Of a DNA stretch of 64,000 bases, positions 1-10,537 are shown in pieces. The notes below the pieces were generated by a model, which was not told the origin of the DNA, did not search any database, and saw only the letters and a program-made list of their open reading frames with translations. This stretch comes from Nitrosopumilus sp. GTDB lineage: Archaea; Thermoproteota; Nitrososphaeria; Nitrososphaerales; Nitrosopumilaceae. The stretch covers positions 168,670 to 232,669 of the forward strand of contig CBDBGZ010000005.1 of the NCBI GenBank assembly GCA_965205425.1, written 5' to 3'. Positions within the stretch are counted from its first letter, which is position 1, and the number at the start of each line of letters is the position of its first letter. The translations under genes were made by a program, and so were the position numbers.

Positions 1-612
1 CTTGAGGTATTTCTTTCGTAGTTTCTGATCTAGAGGAATAATTTTCTCTGCAATGGATACAGCCTTTGGTACATTTGATACAATTTGATATAATCTAGTA
101 CAATCATCTCTAGATAACTCCTTTGGAACAAATTGTTTCAATTTCTCAGGAACTGCTGCAAATCCCAGATATTTTTTCAAGGTCTGAGATGAAATCCCTA
201 ATGACTTTGCAGATTTACTTTTGCCTATAGATTCACTCAAGAACACACATGCTGCCGTCATATCTTTTGTGTTCATTTTATTTCTATGTAGATTCTCAAC
301 AACTGATGCTGCCTTTGCATCCTCTAAATCATATTTGGTACTATTTGTTAACAGTAATACGGGTATCTTTTTTGCACCTAGTCTTTTCAAAGCTGCAAGC
401 CTTCTCTGGCCTGACATTAACAGATAAGAGTTCTTTCCATCTTTTTGGACCATCGGAGGATTTTGTAATCCGTCATTTTTTATTGACTTTGCAAGTTCTA
501 CAATTCCATCTCTGTCTAGTTTTCGAGCCTGTGCATCACGCCAAACTTTGATGTATTTTACAGGGATTTCTCTTAATCTATATGTAATTGGTGAATTATA
601 TTTTTTAGCCAT
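1..612 (-). CDS. ParB/Srx N-terminal domain protein (runs off the window start)
   Basis: Hand-translated, not in ORF track: ATG at 612, MAKKYNSP...ELAKSIKNDGLQNPPMV...LMSGQRRLAALKRLG...VVENLHR; GxRR and ENLxR ParB motifs; open to base 1. Confidence 0.8.
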   Translation of the reverse strand, partial: MAKKYNSPITYRLREIPVKYIKVWRDAQARKLDRDGIVELAKSIKNDGLQNPPMVQKDGKNSYLLMSGQRRLAALKRLGAKKIPVLLLTNSTKYDLEDAKAASVVENLHRNKMNTKDMTAACVFLSESIGKSKSAKSLGISSQTLKKYLGFAAVPEKLKQFVPKELSRDDCTRLYQIVSNVPKAVSIAEKIIPLDQKLRKKYLK

Positions 613-719
613 AATGTATCATATTTTTTTATTTTTGATAAAATGTAAAGTGATCAATAATTGACAAATGATCAAAAAATAACACATAATTTTCAAGTGT
701 GTATACTGTGGATTGATAA

Positions 720-1133
720 TTAATTAGCAGGTATTTTGTTTTGTTGCTGTAGTTTTAATTTTTCAGATTCATGTTTCAAACATAATTCTGCAAATGCAAC
801 ATTATCAAAATGAATGTCCTTTAATGAATTCTTTTTTGATATCTTTGGGTATTCACTATATTTTCTATGGTTGATTATTCTGCCTCCCGATTTTGGTCTA
901 AATCCACCCCACTGTTTGAAAAATACGGCCACCTTTTGCTTTTTACACTGTTCAATAATTTCTAGAATCCACTCTTTTTCTACTGATCGGTAATGATATC
1001 CACTCTCACCGCCAATTATTGCCCAATCAATTCCTTTCAGATTTACTTTTCCTACATATCCAATTAATGGCTCAAAACTTATGAATCGTGTATGACATTT
1101 TACTTTGCGCAAATCATTAATTCTTGATCGCAA
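720..1133 (-). pseudogene. DUF5131 (phage Gp37/Gp68-like) protein, C-terminal part only
   Basis: RFISFEPL, WAIIGGESG, FFKQWGG motifs; the N-terminal Cys-motif half is absent and ISH3 ends lie just upstream. Confidence 0.75.
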
Positions 1134-1216
1134 AATCCTGATCCGATTTATAACTCTGAAAATATGTAGGTGATTGGGTAAATCTTACCCTAGATTATTA
1201 TGGAATATTTTATGAC

Positions 1217-1242
1217 CAGTAGATGGGAAAGTAACTCAAGTT
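1217..1242. repeat. Orphan ISH3 terminal stub (26 bp)
   Basis: CAGTAGATGGGAAAGTAACTCAAGTT, identical to the end of the ISH3 copy at 33242-33267 and directly abutting the ISH3 at 1243. Confidence 0.85.
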
Positions 1243-2562
1243 CAGTAGATGGGAAAGTACATCAAATTACACATTCTAGAAAATAATTATTTTTGTTATT
1301 TCTAAAGTAATGAATAATTATCTTTACAAAGAAATATTTGAGAATTTCAATTGATATTATTGGTTTGTAATTTTTTACATTGGTTTCTTCTGAGATAATC
1401 AAATTAGCAATTATCCATGCATTGTACAAAATCAACGAATAGTAAAAATACAACAATCTTATGGATTGGTTTGAACTGGTGGTTTTTGGTCTGAACCTTC
1501 CCACACATGCATAGCCTGTTTCAATCCCCCAACGTTTCTTGTAATCAGTTGGAATGTTTTGTATGTTATATGATATTTCTTTTGGTGAAACGTTTGTTGC
1601 AAACACAACATACTGATCAATAATATCTGATTTTTTTCTTGCATTTTTGTTTGGCAGAATAACTAGATTAAATGATTCTACATGTCCTGATGATGATTTT
1701 ATTGTGTATGGCGAGATTGACTTTCTATCTCCATTAACGTATTGTACAATTGCATCTTTGATTCGAGAATTCTTTTTTGCAGGCATTAGAAATTTTAAAT
1801 TCTTTTGTTTTATTTCTGAAATTGTTCCAGCTGTGAAAAACTCCCTATCCACTAGCAATAGTTTAATCTTGATTCCATTATTGATGCCATCAGAGAGTAA
1901 TTTACGCACAAAACCGGCATTTGATATGTTGTCATACAAAGGATAACAACCTAATTGAGCCCTGATTCTTTTTTCAACGCACTGCATGGTGCAGTAACTC
2001 TCAAAATGAGTAGTACTGTTTTTAGATTTTGATTTTATTAAAGAATGATTTGGCAATTTGTCATATCTTGGGATTAGATGTTTGTCAATTGCCACAGTAA
2101 CTGGTTGCTCCAATACTCCCAATTCTTGTAATTTTGATATGGTACTATCCAGTGAACGATGTAATTGAATTTGCATTGTTTTTTGTGATATTTTTGATAT
2201 GATTTTTCTCAACCATGAAACCAGTTGGAGAAGCATTATCTGATTCCATTGCCAGTCTCTTTAATCCAGATTCAGAATATGAATTTCCCAAACACAATGA
2301 CATGACAGAATTGTGTGCATCAGCATTATGGAACCGTGAGTTATTTTTACTAGAGCATGGAAACAATAAGATATTGTACATTATTTTAGTGATAATCTCA
2401 AATGCTTTAGATAGTATCACGCCTTGGTGTGTCATGGTATCAAATGAAGTACAATGCATATTTGATGGAGTGACATACTTTCATCAAGCTTTTTCTATCT
2501 GAATAGATTGATTGAATAATTGATAGTTTTTGATCTAAATTGAGTTACTTTCCCATCTACTG
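1243..2562 (-). mobile_element. ISH3-family IS, copy 1 (1320 bp)
   Basis: 17-bp terminal IR CAGTAGATGGGAAAGTA; transposase split into 2145-2459 and 1262-2236 (VAIDKH, LVDREF, YKKRWGIETGY); no matching TSD. Confidence 0.9.
1262..2459 (-). CDS. ISH3 DDE transposase (two overlapping ORFs, +1 frame offset)
   Basis: 104-aa ORF overlaps a 324-aa ORF with DDE and Y-(2)-R-(3)-E motifs. Confidence 0.8.
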
Positions 2563-2811
2563 AAAATGCGATTCTGGAAAGTATTATCTGATGAGCAGAG
2601 AAAATTTGAGAATATACTTTTTCATTATTGCTTGACTATATGTTGGGGATAAATAATTGATAAGCACCTAATTTATTTTTAGCCAGTATATGCCCAATGA
2701 CTTTTAGAAATCTTGAAAAAACAAAAAATAAGGAACTCATTTCACATATTTGTATAAATTCCAAGATTAGGAAAATGACAGATTTTTATAAAATAATCAT
2801 TTCTAAATTAT

Positions 2812-2931
2812 ATGGAAAAGAAAAAGGAAGAAAAAGAGGCATATGCCACAAATGACCCTACAGATACATCTGCAAAAGAGCAAGAGAATATGGCAAGAGA
2901 AGCAATTAAAAAATTCAAATCTTTAGGTTAA
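2812..2931 (+). CDS. Small hypothetical protein (39 aa)
   Basis: MEKKKEEKEAYATNDPTDTSAKEQENMAREAIKKFKSLG; hand-translated. Confidence 0.45.
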   Translation: MEKKKEEKEAYATNDPTDTSAKEQENMAREAIKKFKSLG

Positions 2932-2968
2932 GCCAAACTTTCATTAGCAATATCATTGTTAAGAAATT

Positions 2969-3790
2969 ATGGGATTATTTGGTTCCAAAGAAAATGTGGA
3001 GGATTTACTATACAATGCAATGTCATTAATGGAAAAAAATCAGCCAAAAGGGGCCATATCACTATTTAACAAAGTTCTAAAACAAGAACCAAAAAATACA
3101 TCTGCATTATACAATAAAGGCCTAGCACTAAACCAGATAAAAAAATACAGTGATGCAATCACTTGTTTTGATATTTTATTGGAAATAAATCCAAAAGATT
3201 CCCAAGCTTGGAATAACAGTGGAATTGCAATGGCAGAAAATGGAAACATTCAAGCTGCAGCAATAGGATATGACAAAGCAATTGAATCTGACCCAAAAAA
3301 TGCTTCAGCACATTTCAACAAAGGAGTATTACTAGACAAGTTACAAGAATATGAAGAGGCGTTAATTTCATTAGAAAAAGCAATATCCATTGATCATAGG
3401 AAACCAAATGCCATGATTTACAAAGGAATTGTTCTAGGCAAAATGAAAAAGCATGAAGAGGCGTTGAATTGTTTTCAAAATGTTTGTAAAAAATACCCAG
3501 ATAATCAAGATGCATTTTTTCAAAAAGGGGTCCAGTTGGCAGAATTAGGGCAACACAAAAAAGCACTTGATGTATTTGATGAGATTCTCAGAAAATTCAA
3601 AGACAATGTAAATGTCATTTATGCTAAATCACGAAGCAAGGCCGCATTAGAGATGTATCCAGAAGCATTGGAATTGTTAAAACAGGCAGTTGCCAAAAAC
3701 CCCAAAGTAATTCAGTCATGGGCAAAAGAAGAGCCCATATTTACCAAATTACACTCCAATGATCAATTCAAAAAACTTGTGAAACTATAA
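2969..3790 (+). CDS. Tetratricopeptide repeat protein
   Basis: Multiple 34-aa TPR units (ALYNKGLAL...A...FD...P). Confidence 0.9.
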   Translation: MGLFGSKENVEDLLYNAMSLMEKNQPKGAISLFNKVLKQEPKNTSALYNKGLALNQIKKYSDAITCFDILLEINPKDSQAWNNSGIAMAENGNIQAAAIGYDKAIESDPKNASAHFNKGVLLDKLQEYEEALISLEKAISIDHRKPNAMIYKGIVLGKMKKHEEALNCFQNVCKKYPDNQDAFFQKGVQLAELGQHKKALDVFDEILRKFKDNVNVIYAKSRSKAALEMYPEALELLKQAVAKNPKVIQSWAKEEPIFTKLHSNDQFKKLVKL

Positions 3791-3957
3791 CATCCTAGTC
3801 AGAAAACATTGGGCAAATTTCATACGTTAATGTTATCAAAAATCTAGTTTGCATCATTGCAATCTAAAAGAAATCGTCATGAATGTAAATAAGGCAATTG
3901 CTAAACCATATGCAATTCTCTTTTGTCGATATATTAGATAACCAATAGCAAACCCAC

Positions 3958-4956
3958 TTACACCATTATTAGATAAAATGAAGAATTAATGCACACAGCC
4001 TCCCCATTAATTTTTGTACCAAAAAACCATGTTTCGGCATTTATCATTACTATTAAAATTGTTAGACCACAGTGGCCTTGTAGAAACCATGATAAAATAA
4101 CAAAATCTAATTTTCTAATCCTGTAAGCATTGTATGCAATTAACCTGTACAACATCTCATTGTCCTGAGTTGTAACATTTCTTGATGTGACATCTCCTGA
4201 CATTATCTGTTTGATCACAAAAAAGATTGTTTCAGATTTGTTTCTCTGATGGTACAATTGTACAGGAAAGTTCCTCTTCATCTCCTTTCTGTGAATTCCG
4301 CTGGTTCTGTAAATTGGAACTGTTCCATATCGAGTTGGAATTATTGCAGCTGTGTTGATCTGTTCTGCACCAACATGATTATTCTCATCATCAAAACCCA
4401 TGTCACCTAACACAATATCAACTGGAACAATATTGTTGGTTTTGTACAACAATGGCAGAAAATCAGGATTATCATGTTGCATGTTGTGGTGTGTCATGAC
4501 ACAGCAAACAAGCTGTGTATTCATGTCAGCACAAACAACAACTTTTAGGAAATTCCTGCGTAACTGTACTCTTTTTGTATAATAGTATGATGCTGTACTG
4601 TAACTGAATCCGCTACCATCAATTCCAGCTAGAACCAGTCTGACTTTTTTGTACAAAATGAATTCCTGCAACATTTTATGTAACAGATTTCCTTCCAGTC
4701 TTGCAGCTGCCTTTTGTAGTGTGGTGTAATGTGGAATGGTAGACAAACCAAGATATTCCTGAATTCCTACACATTCTTCTAAAAATTCTGTAAATCTTCT
4801 ATAACTCTTTGATTCGTACTGTCGTATTGCCAAGAGTATGAGATGTGTCCAAACAGAATAGATATGATTTGATTTTGGATGTAAGAACCTGGGAATTCTG
4901 CATCTGGTGATTATATTGAGTAGTGTTTTGCACATTTTGACGTATGATGAGACCAT
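3958..4956 (-). CDS. IS5-family DDE transposase (reads through the IR into flanking DNA)
   Basis: GIDGSG, GDMGFD, YHQRNKSETIF motifs; no stop codon inside the element. Confidence 0.85.
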   Translation of the reverse strand: MVSSYVKMCKTLLNIITRCRIPRFLHPKSNHIYSVWTHLILLAIRQYESKSYRRFTEFLEECVGIQEYLGLSTIPHYTTLQKAAARLEGNLLHKMLQEFILYKKVRLVLAGIDGSGFSYSTASYYYTKRVQLRRNFLKVVVCADMNTQLVCCVMTHHNMQHDNPDFLPLLYKTNNIVPVDIVLGDMGFDDENNHVGAEQINTAAIIPTRYGTVPIYRTSGIHRKEMKRNFPVQLYHQRNKSETIFFVIKQIMSGDVTSRNVTTQDNEMLYRLIAYNAYRIRKLDFVILSWFLQGHCGLTILIVMINAETWFFGTKINGEAVCINSSFYLIMV

Positions 4957-5044
4957 ACTGTAATCTGCAAATACAATCCTAATGGATCTAAATTAGCTAA
5001 AATGTATCACAATTGGGTTAAAATCAGATGGTTTCTACAAGGCC
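4074..5044 (-). mobile_element. IS5-family IS, copy 1 (971 bp)
   Basis: Terminal IR GGCCTTGTAGAAACCAT; no TSD; second copy at 60711-61674. Confidence 0.9.
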
Positions 5045-5109
5045 ATTTGATTTACTCTCCTTGACCTCTCCAAATATATTGATTCACTCCTCAACATTGT
5101 CGATAAGAT

Positions 5110-5373
5110 ATGACTGATGATGTTTGTGATTTTTGTAAAGGTGTAGGCTCTTCATCCACAAATGTTTGTGTTTATTGTAATGGAACTGGTGAATGGAATC
5201 AAGCAGCACAAGCATATGTGAAAAACCATATTTGTCAATGTATTGTGCTTGATAGAAAATTTTGTCCTGTATGTAACAAAGCATGCCATCATGATACCTC
5301 TCTGAATCCAAAACAAACCATTGATCCTGGATATGGAGGCATGTCTTCTCCTGAAATTATAGTTGGCGCATAA
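5110..5373 (+). CDS. Small Cys-rich protein with DnaJ-type CxxCxGxG repeats
   Basis: CDFCKGVG, CVYCNGTG, CPVC. Confidence 0.7.
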   Translation: MTDDVCDFCKGVGSSSTNVCVYCNGTGEWNQAAQAYVKNHICQCIVLDRKFCPVCNKACHHDTSLNPKQTIDPGYGGMSSPEIIVGA

Positions 5374-5409
5374 AATCTAAAACTATCTTGTTATTATTCC
5401 AAGAAAATA

Positions 5410-6451
5410 TGTTCTTTCCAGAAATTATTTCGTGTCACTTTCATGAGTAATTCCTCCATAGAATGCTTGGGTCTATGAGTATTTCGTTTGTTATCATCTT
5501 GGAGTGATACGCATCAGATGGTGTCTCCATGTTATCCAAGTCTAGTGCGCCATGAACTCTAATGTGATTGTACCAATGCATAAACTGCTCCACTGACTCA
5601 AAGTATTCTATTTTACACTCAAAGATATCCCAGAACTTTTCTAGCTTACCATTTGTTTGTGGATGTCTCACTCTTGTACGAGAGTGCTTTACGTGATGTC
5701 TCATTAGTTGCTGCTCAAAGTCTACTGGCTTGTTATGATCAAGAGTATTGACATTTGATGTGAACTGTTTTCCATTATCAGATAGTACAGATGCTGGTCT
5801 ACCGTGATTCTTTATTGCATCAGATAGTACTTCAGAAGAATTCACAGATGTTGCCTCATCATACACTCCGAAACCCGTGATAAATCGTGAGGCATCATCT
5901 TCAAATGCAATTAGTTGTTTTCCTGCCCAGCGTGAATCATGTATTGTGTGCCAGTCAGTATGCCACAGTGAATTTGAATATTCACGTTCATACCTGATCC
6001 ACTTTCTTCTCATCTTTTTCCGTGGTTGCTCAACTGATAATCCTTCATCTAGCATAATCTTGTGGATGCGATTGTGGTTTATCTTGGTATTGTACAATTT
6101 TGATATGATTTTCTCAAGGTATAGTGCGTTTGTATGAAATTTTTCTTGAACTTGTTTGACTAGCTCTATCTCGTGTACAGTGACTGGCTTTTTTGGACGC
6201 CCTGGTCTTTTGAGTGTGGGAATCTTTTTGGTTTTTTTGTACTGAGAGTAGACTTGTTGTACTCTTCTAGGCGTTATCTTGAGGATTACTGAAATATCTA
6301 AATTCTTGACTTTTTCATTTTTAGATTGTATAATCCACCTGATCTTATTCTCATCTAACTTTACCATAGGTATGCCACGATACCCACGCATACGATAGTA
6401 TGGGAATGATGCTCTCCTAGTTAAGGGGTGAAATAATTTCCGGAAAAGATA
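5410..6451 (-). mobile_element. IS481-family IS (1042 bp) with 16-bp direct repeats
   Basis: Imperfect 22-bp IR; TTATTCCAAGAAAATA at 5394-5409 and 6452-6467. Confidence 0.85.
5441..6391 (-). CDS. IS481 rve-type transposase
   Basis: WHTDW, DDASRF, SDNGKQF, PQTNGKLEKF. Confidence 0.9.
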   Translation of the reverse strand: MRGYRGIPMVKLDENKIRWIIQSKNEKVKNLDISVILKITPRRVQQVYSQYKKTKKIPTLKRPGRPKKPVTVHEIELVKQVQEKFHTNALYLEKIISKLYNTKINHNRIHKIMLDEGLSVEQPRKKMRRKWIRYEREYSNSLWHTDWHTIHDSRWAGKQLIAFEDDASRFITGFGVYDEATSVNSSEVLSDAIKNHGRPASVLSDNGKQFTSNVNTLDHNKPVDFEQQLMRHHVKHSRTRVRHPQTNGKLEKFWDIFECKIEYFESVEQFMHWYNHIRVHGALDLDNMETPSDAYHSKMITNEILIDPSILWRNYS

Positions 6452-6572
6452 TTATTCCAAGAAAATACTCACCCTTCTTATAGATGAGAATTGCTTCTAA
6501 ATCATGTTTAATTATATTGCTATATCTATTGTTTCAATTATGAATTTCCAAAAAATTGAGGTAAGTTTCTAA

Positions 6573-7472
6573 ATGGACACTCCAGCTTGTGCACGTTGTG
6601 GGAAAAATTCTATTCTGTCTGACGAAGTTACAGGTGAACAATTTTGTGGAAAATGTGGATATGTGATTGATGGTAAATCTCAAGAATCTGGCCCTGAATG
6701 GAGATCATTTCAAAAAGATGGTGGTGCAGATCCTGCAAGAACTGGTGCTCCATCATCCTTGATGATACATGACATGGGATTATCCACTGTGATTAATCCT
6801 CTTAACAAAGATGCATCTGGAAAACCTCTATCCACATCTATGAAAAGTACCATTGAGAGATTACGAACATGGGATAGTAGAAGTCAAGTTCATGCACCTG
6901 TTGATAGAAATCTGAGACAAGCACTTAGCGATTTAAATAAATTAAAAGATAAAGTTGCAATTCCAGCTAACGTTTTGGAGAAAGCAGCTTACATTTACAG
7001 AAAAGCATTGGAGAAAAAATTGGTTCGTGGAAGATCTATCTCTGCAATGATAGCTGCATCGTTATACGCTGCATGTAGAGATACTGAAACTCCGAGAACT
7101 CTAAAAGATGTTGCAGATGCTGCTAATGTTAAACGAAAAGATATTGCAAGATGTTATAGATTGCTACATCACGAATTGGAATTAAAAATGCCTGTGGTAG
7201 ATTCAATTCAATGTATTGCAAGAATATCTAGTAAGCTTGAGATATCTGAAAAGACTAAACGGTATGCAGTTAAAGTTCTAAAAGAGGCACAAGACCGCAA
7301 AGAATCTGCTGGAAAAGATCCTATGGGACTTGCAGCAACTGCACTTTACTTATCATGTGTTAAGAATGGTGTTTCTATTACTCAAAGAGATCTTGCAGAG
7401 GCTGCAGGTGTTACAGAAGTAACCATAAGAAATCGCTACAAGGGATTGAAAGTAGAACAATCAATAAAATAA
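6573..7472 (+). CDS. tfb: Transcription initiation factor IIB
   Basis: Zn ribbon, GPEWRSF B-reader, two cyclin repeats, VTEVTIRNRY. Confidence 0.97.
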   Translation: MDTPACARCGKNSILSDEVTGEQFCGKCGYVIDGKSQESGPEWRSFQKDGGADPARTGAPSSLMIHDMGLSTVINPLNKDASGKPLSTSMKSTIERLRTWDSRSQVHAPVDRNLRQALSDLNKLKDKVAIPANVLEKAAYIYRKALEKKLVRGRSISAMIAASLYAACRDTETPRTLKDVADAANVKRKDIARCYRLLHHELELKMPVVDSIQCIARISSKLEISEKTKRYAVKVLKEAQDRKESAGKDPMGLAATALYLSCVKNGVSITQRDLAEAAGVTEVTIRNRYKGLKVEQSIK

Positions 7473-7590
7473 TTATTTATTCTGTCTTGCAATGTACACA
7501 TGTGTCTACTGCGTGATTATGTCTTAAAATCATCTATTAATTATTGTGCAATAGAAAATCTACTTAAAGTGTAACCAAAGTATCTCAAAT

Positions 7591-10092
7591 GTGGATGTAA
7601 CTCCTAAAAATTACCAATTAACTTTTGAACCTAATTTGACAAAATTTACTTTTGCAGGTACTGAAATCATTACTGTTGATTGTAAAAAATCTACTAATCT
7701 TATCACTATGGATTGTGCAGAACTAAAAATCATATCATGTACTGTAAAATATAAAGGAAAAACTATTCAATCTTCTACAAAAACTAATGAGAAAAAAGAA
7801 GAATTACAAATTAAACTATCTGAAAAAATTAAAGGGACAATTTCGATTGATCTAGAATTTCAAGGTATCTTAAATGATAGATTACTTGGATTCTATCGGA
7901 GTCAATATGTTCAGAATGGAAAGACCAAATATCTTGCAACTACTCAATTTGAAGCAGCTGACGCTAGACGTGCTTTTCCTTGTTGGGATGAGCCTGCGGC
8001 TAAAGCCACATTTGAAATTTCTATAATTGCTGACAATAAATTTACTGCTGTTTCAAACATGCCAGTTAAATCAAAGAAAAAAATTGGTACCAAGACTCTT
8101 TACAATTTTTCCAAAACTCCTGTTGTTTCAACATATTTGATTTATCTTGGTGTTGGAGAATTTGAATATCTTACAGGAAAGGTAGGAAAAATACAGATTA
8201 GAGTAATAACCACAAAGGGAAACAAATCCAAAGGAAAGTTCTCTTTAGAATTGGGAAAGAAATTACTCACTTCTTATGAAAAATATTTTGGAATAAAGTA
8301 TCCATTACCTAAATTAGATTTGATTGCAGTTCCTGATTTTGCTGCAGGGGCAATGGAGAATTGGGGTGCAATTACGTTTAGAGAAACTATTTTACTATAT
8401 GATCCTAAAACATCTTCTACTAGAACTAAACAATTTATTGCAGAAGTAATTTCACATGAAATTGCACATCAATGGTTTGGAAATCTTGTAACCATGAAAT
8501 GGTGGAATGATTTGTGGTTAAATGAAAGCTTTGCAACTTTCATGGCCACAAAATTTGTTGATAAATTTTACCCTGAATGGGATTTGTGGAATCAGTTCGT
8601 TGAAGATGCAATGAATGTTGCGATGGGACTTGATTCACTAAAAACAACTCACCCGATAGATGTTACAGTTAATTCCCCTGCTGAAATTAGAGAAATTTTT
8701 GATGCTATTTCTTATGATAAAGGTGGATGTGTATTGAGAATGCTAGAACATTATGTTGGAGAACCAAATTTCCAAAAAGGTTTGAAAAAATATCTTTCTG
8801 ACTTCAAATATCAAAACGCTAAAGGACAAGATTTGTGGAATGCGATTGGAAGAGCATCAAAAATGCCTGTCTCTTCCATGGTTAATACTTGGTTAAAACA
8901 GCCTGGATTTCCACTAGTTGAAATCACTCAAGATGGAAGTTCATTGAAACTAAAACAAAAAAGGTATTTGCTTGAATCCGATAAAAAATTCAGTAAGGGA
9001 TTGTGGTCAATTCCACTATCTTTGGGTTTGGACTCTGAAATATCCAAAAAATTGTTTACCAAGAAATCTATGAATGTGAAATTGCCAAAAAATACTATAG
9101 GTTTTGTTGCTAATTATGGGCGCAAAGGATTCTACCGTGTAAAATATGATGAAGGAATTTTACTTGATTTGAAAATGTTGGTGGATGAAAAACGTATTCC
9201 TGCAATAGATAGGTGGGCTATACAAAATGATTTGTTTTCACTATGTGTTTCTGGGGATGAACAAGTAAGAAATTATCTTGATTTCTCTGATGCATATTTT
9301 GAAGAAGATAGTTACCTTGCATCTGTAAATGTTGCACATAATTTGGCATCATTATATTTCCGTTCATTTGACGAACCCTTTGCAGAAGAAATTCGTGGAT
9401 ATGCTGTGAATTACTTTAAAAAAATTTTATTTAATTTGGGATGGGATCCACAAAAATCTGATAAACATACTGATGCATTACTGCGTGGATTTGCAATTTC
9501 TGTATTAGGTAAAATGAGTGATGAAGACGTAACTGAAGAAGCCCTTAGAAGATATAAAAAATTCTTAAAATCTCCTAGTTCAATTTCTCCTGACTTGGTA
9601 GAGCCAATTTGTTCTATTGCTGCATGGAATGGAAATTCTAAAACACACTCTGAACTAACTAAACTATACAAAACTGCAAAAACAATGGAAGAAAAACTTC
9701 GATTTTTAGGTGCACTGTGTGGTTTCAAAGATAAAAAATTACTTTTAAAATCACTCGATTTTTCCCAAACCTCTCAAGTTCGCTCTCAAAATATGCAATT
9801 ACCGATAATGAAAGTTGCAGCAAATCCATACGGTGAAAAAGTTTTGTGGCCTTGGCTAAAGAAAAATTGGAAAAATATCAATAAAAAAGTTGGACATGGA
9901 AATCCTCTTTTTAACAGAATTGTTGCAAGTATTACATCTGTAGCTGACGATTCTATGGAAAAAGAAATTAAAACATTTTTCAAAAAGAATCCTACTCCTG
10001 GTACGGAGCGAACTCAATCTCAAACTTTGGAGAGAATTAGAATAAATTCAAAATTTCTTAGACGTATGAGAAAAGAATTCAAAGATGGCTAA
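7591..10092 (+). CDS. M1 family aminopeptidase
   Basis: GAMENWG and HEIAH-x18-E motifs; ERAP1-like C-terminus. Confidence 0.95.
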   Translation: MDVTPKNYQLTFEPNLTKFTFAGTEIITVDCKKSTNLITMDCAELKIISCTVKYKGKTIQSSTKTNEKKEELQIKLSEKIKGTISIDLEFQGILNDRLLGFYRSQYVQNGKTKYLATTQFEAADARRAFPCWDEPAAKATFEISIIADNKFTAVSNMPVKSKKKIGTKTLYNFSKTPVVSTYLIYLGVGEFEYLTGKVGKIQIRVITTKGNKSKGKFSLELGKKLLTSYEKYFGIKYPLPKLDLIAVPDFAAGAMENWGAITFRETILLYDPKTSSTRTKQFIAEVISHEIAHQWFGNLVTMKWWNDLWLNESFATFMATKFVDKFYPEWDLWNQFVEDAMNVAMGLDSLKTTHPIDVTVNSPAEIREIFDAISYDKGGCVLRMLEHYVGEPNFQKGLKKYLSDFKYQNAKGQDLWNAIGRASKMPVSSMVNTWLKQPGFPLVEITQDGSSLKLKQKRYLLESDKKFSKGLWSIPLSLGLDSEISKKLFTKKSMNVKLPKNTIGFVANYGRKGFYRVKYDEGILLDLKMLVDEKRIPAIDRWAIQNDLFSLCVSGDEQVRNYLDFSDAYFEEDSYLASVNVAHNLASLYFRSFDEPFAEEIRGYAVNYFKKILFNLGWDPQKSDKHTDALLRGFAISVLGKMSDEDVTEEALRRYKKFLKSPSSISPDLVEPICSIAAWNGNSKTHSELTKLYKTAKTMEEKLRFLGALCGFKDKKLLLKSLDFSQTSQVRSQNMQLPIMKVAANPYGEKVLWPWLKKNWKNINKKVGHGNPLFNRIVASITSVADDSMEKEIKTFFKKNPTPGTERTQSQTLERIRINSKFLRRMRKEFKDG

Positions 10093-10492
10093 AAAATTAG
10101 GCCCTCCAATATTCCTTGGAGTTTTTACTGTTATTGCACTTGTATTTTTAACCGGAGGTGCATCTGATGATAAGGATGTGTATAGAGAAACATTTCAAGT
10201 AGAAGCAATTTACTATGATACTGGACATGTTGAAGTTTCATATTTTGATAAATCCGAAAAAACAACAAACGTTGTTTTAGAAATTTTAGGAATGAATGAA
10301 TCTTTCCAAAAATCATTTTCAAATTCCGAATTTATAGAAATAGTTCCATTCCCTAATGTGCCAAAATATGGGTGGGAAGTTCATCCAATAGTTTTAGAAA
10401 TTGATCATAAAGATTTTGGCCATATTCAATTAAAAACTGAAATCCATTCTATCGGAGATTCCCTCCCTCCTGTAATCTATTCAATACCTTAG
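10085..10492 (+). CDS. Hypothetical protein with N-terminal TM/signal segment
   Basis: 135-aa ORF overlapping the stop of the aminopeptidase. Confidence 0.7.
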   Translation: MAKKLGPPIFLGVFTVIALVFLTGGASDDKDVYRETFQVEAIYYDTGHVEVSYFDKSEKTTNVVLEILGMNESFQKSFSNSEFIEIVPFPNVPKYGWEVHPIVLEIDHKDFGHIQLKTEIHSIGDSLPPVIYSIP

Positions 10493-10537
10493 ATCGAACA
10501 CAAGATTTTATTGCACCTCTAATTCATTTACATTATC

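Noticed and set aside
221..551. Plus-strand ORFs 221-427 and 249-551
   Set aside because: Shadows of the minus-strand ParB-domain gene
1459..2502. Recurrent 61-, 95- and 99-aa ORFs in ISH3 copies
   Set aside because: Alternative-frame or antisense ORFs repeated only because the IS is repeated
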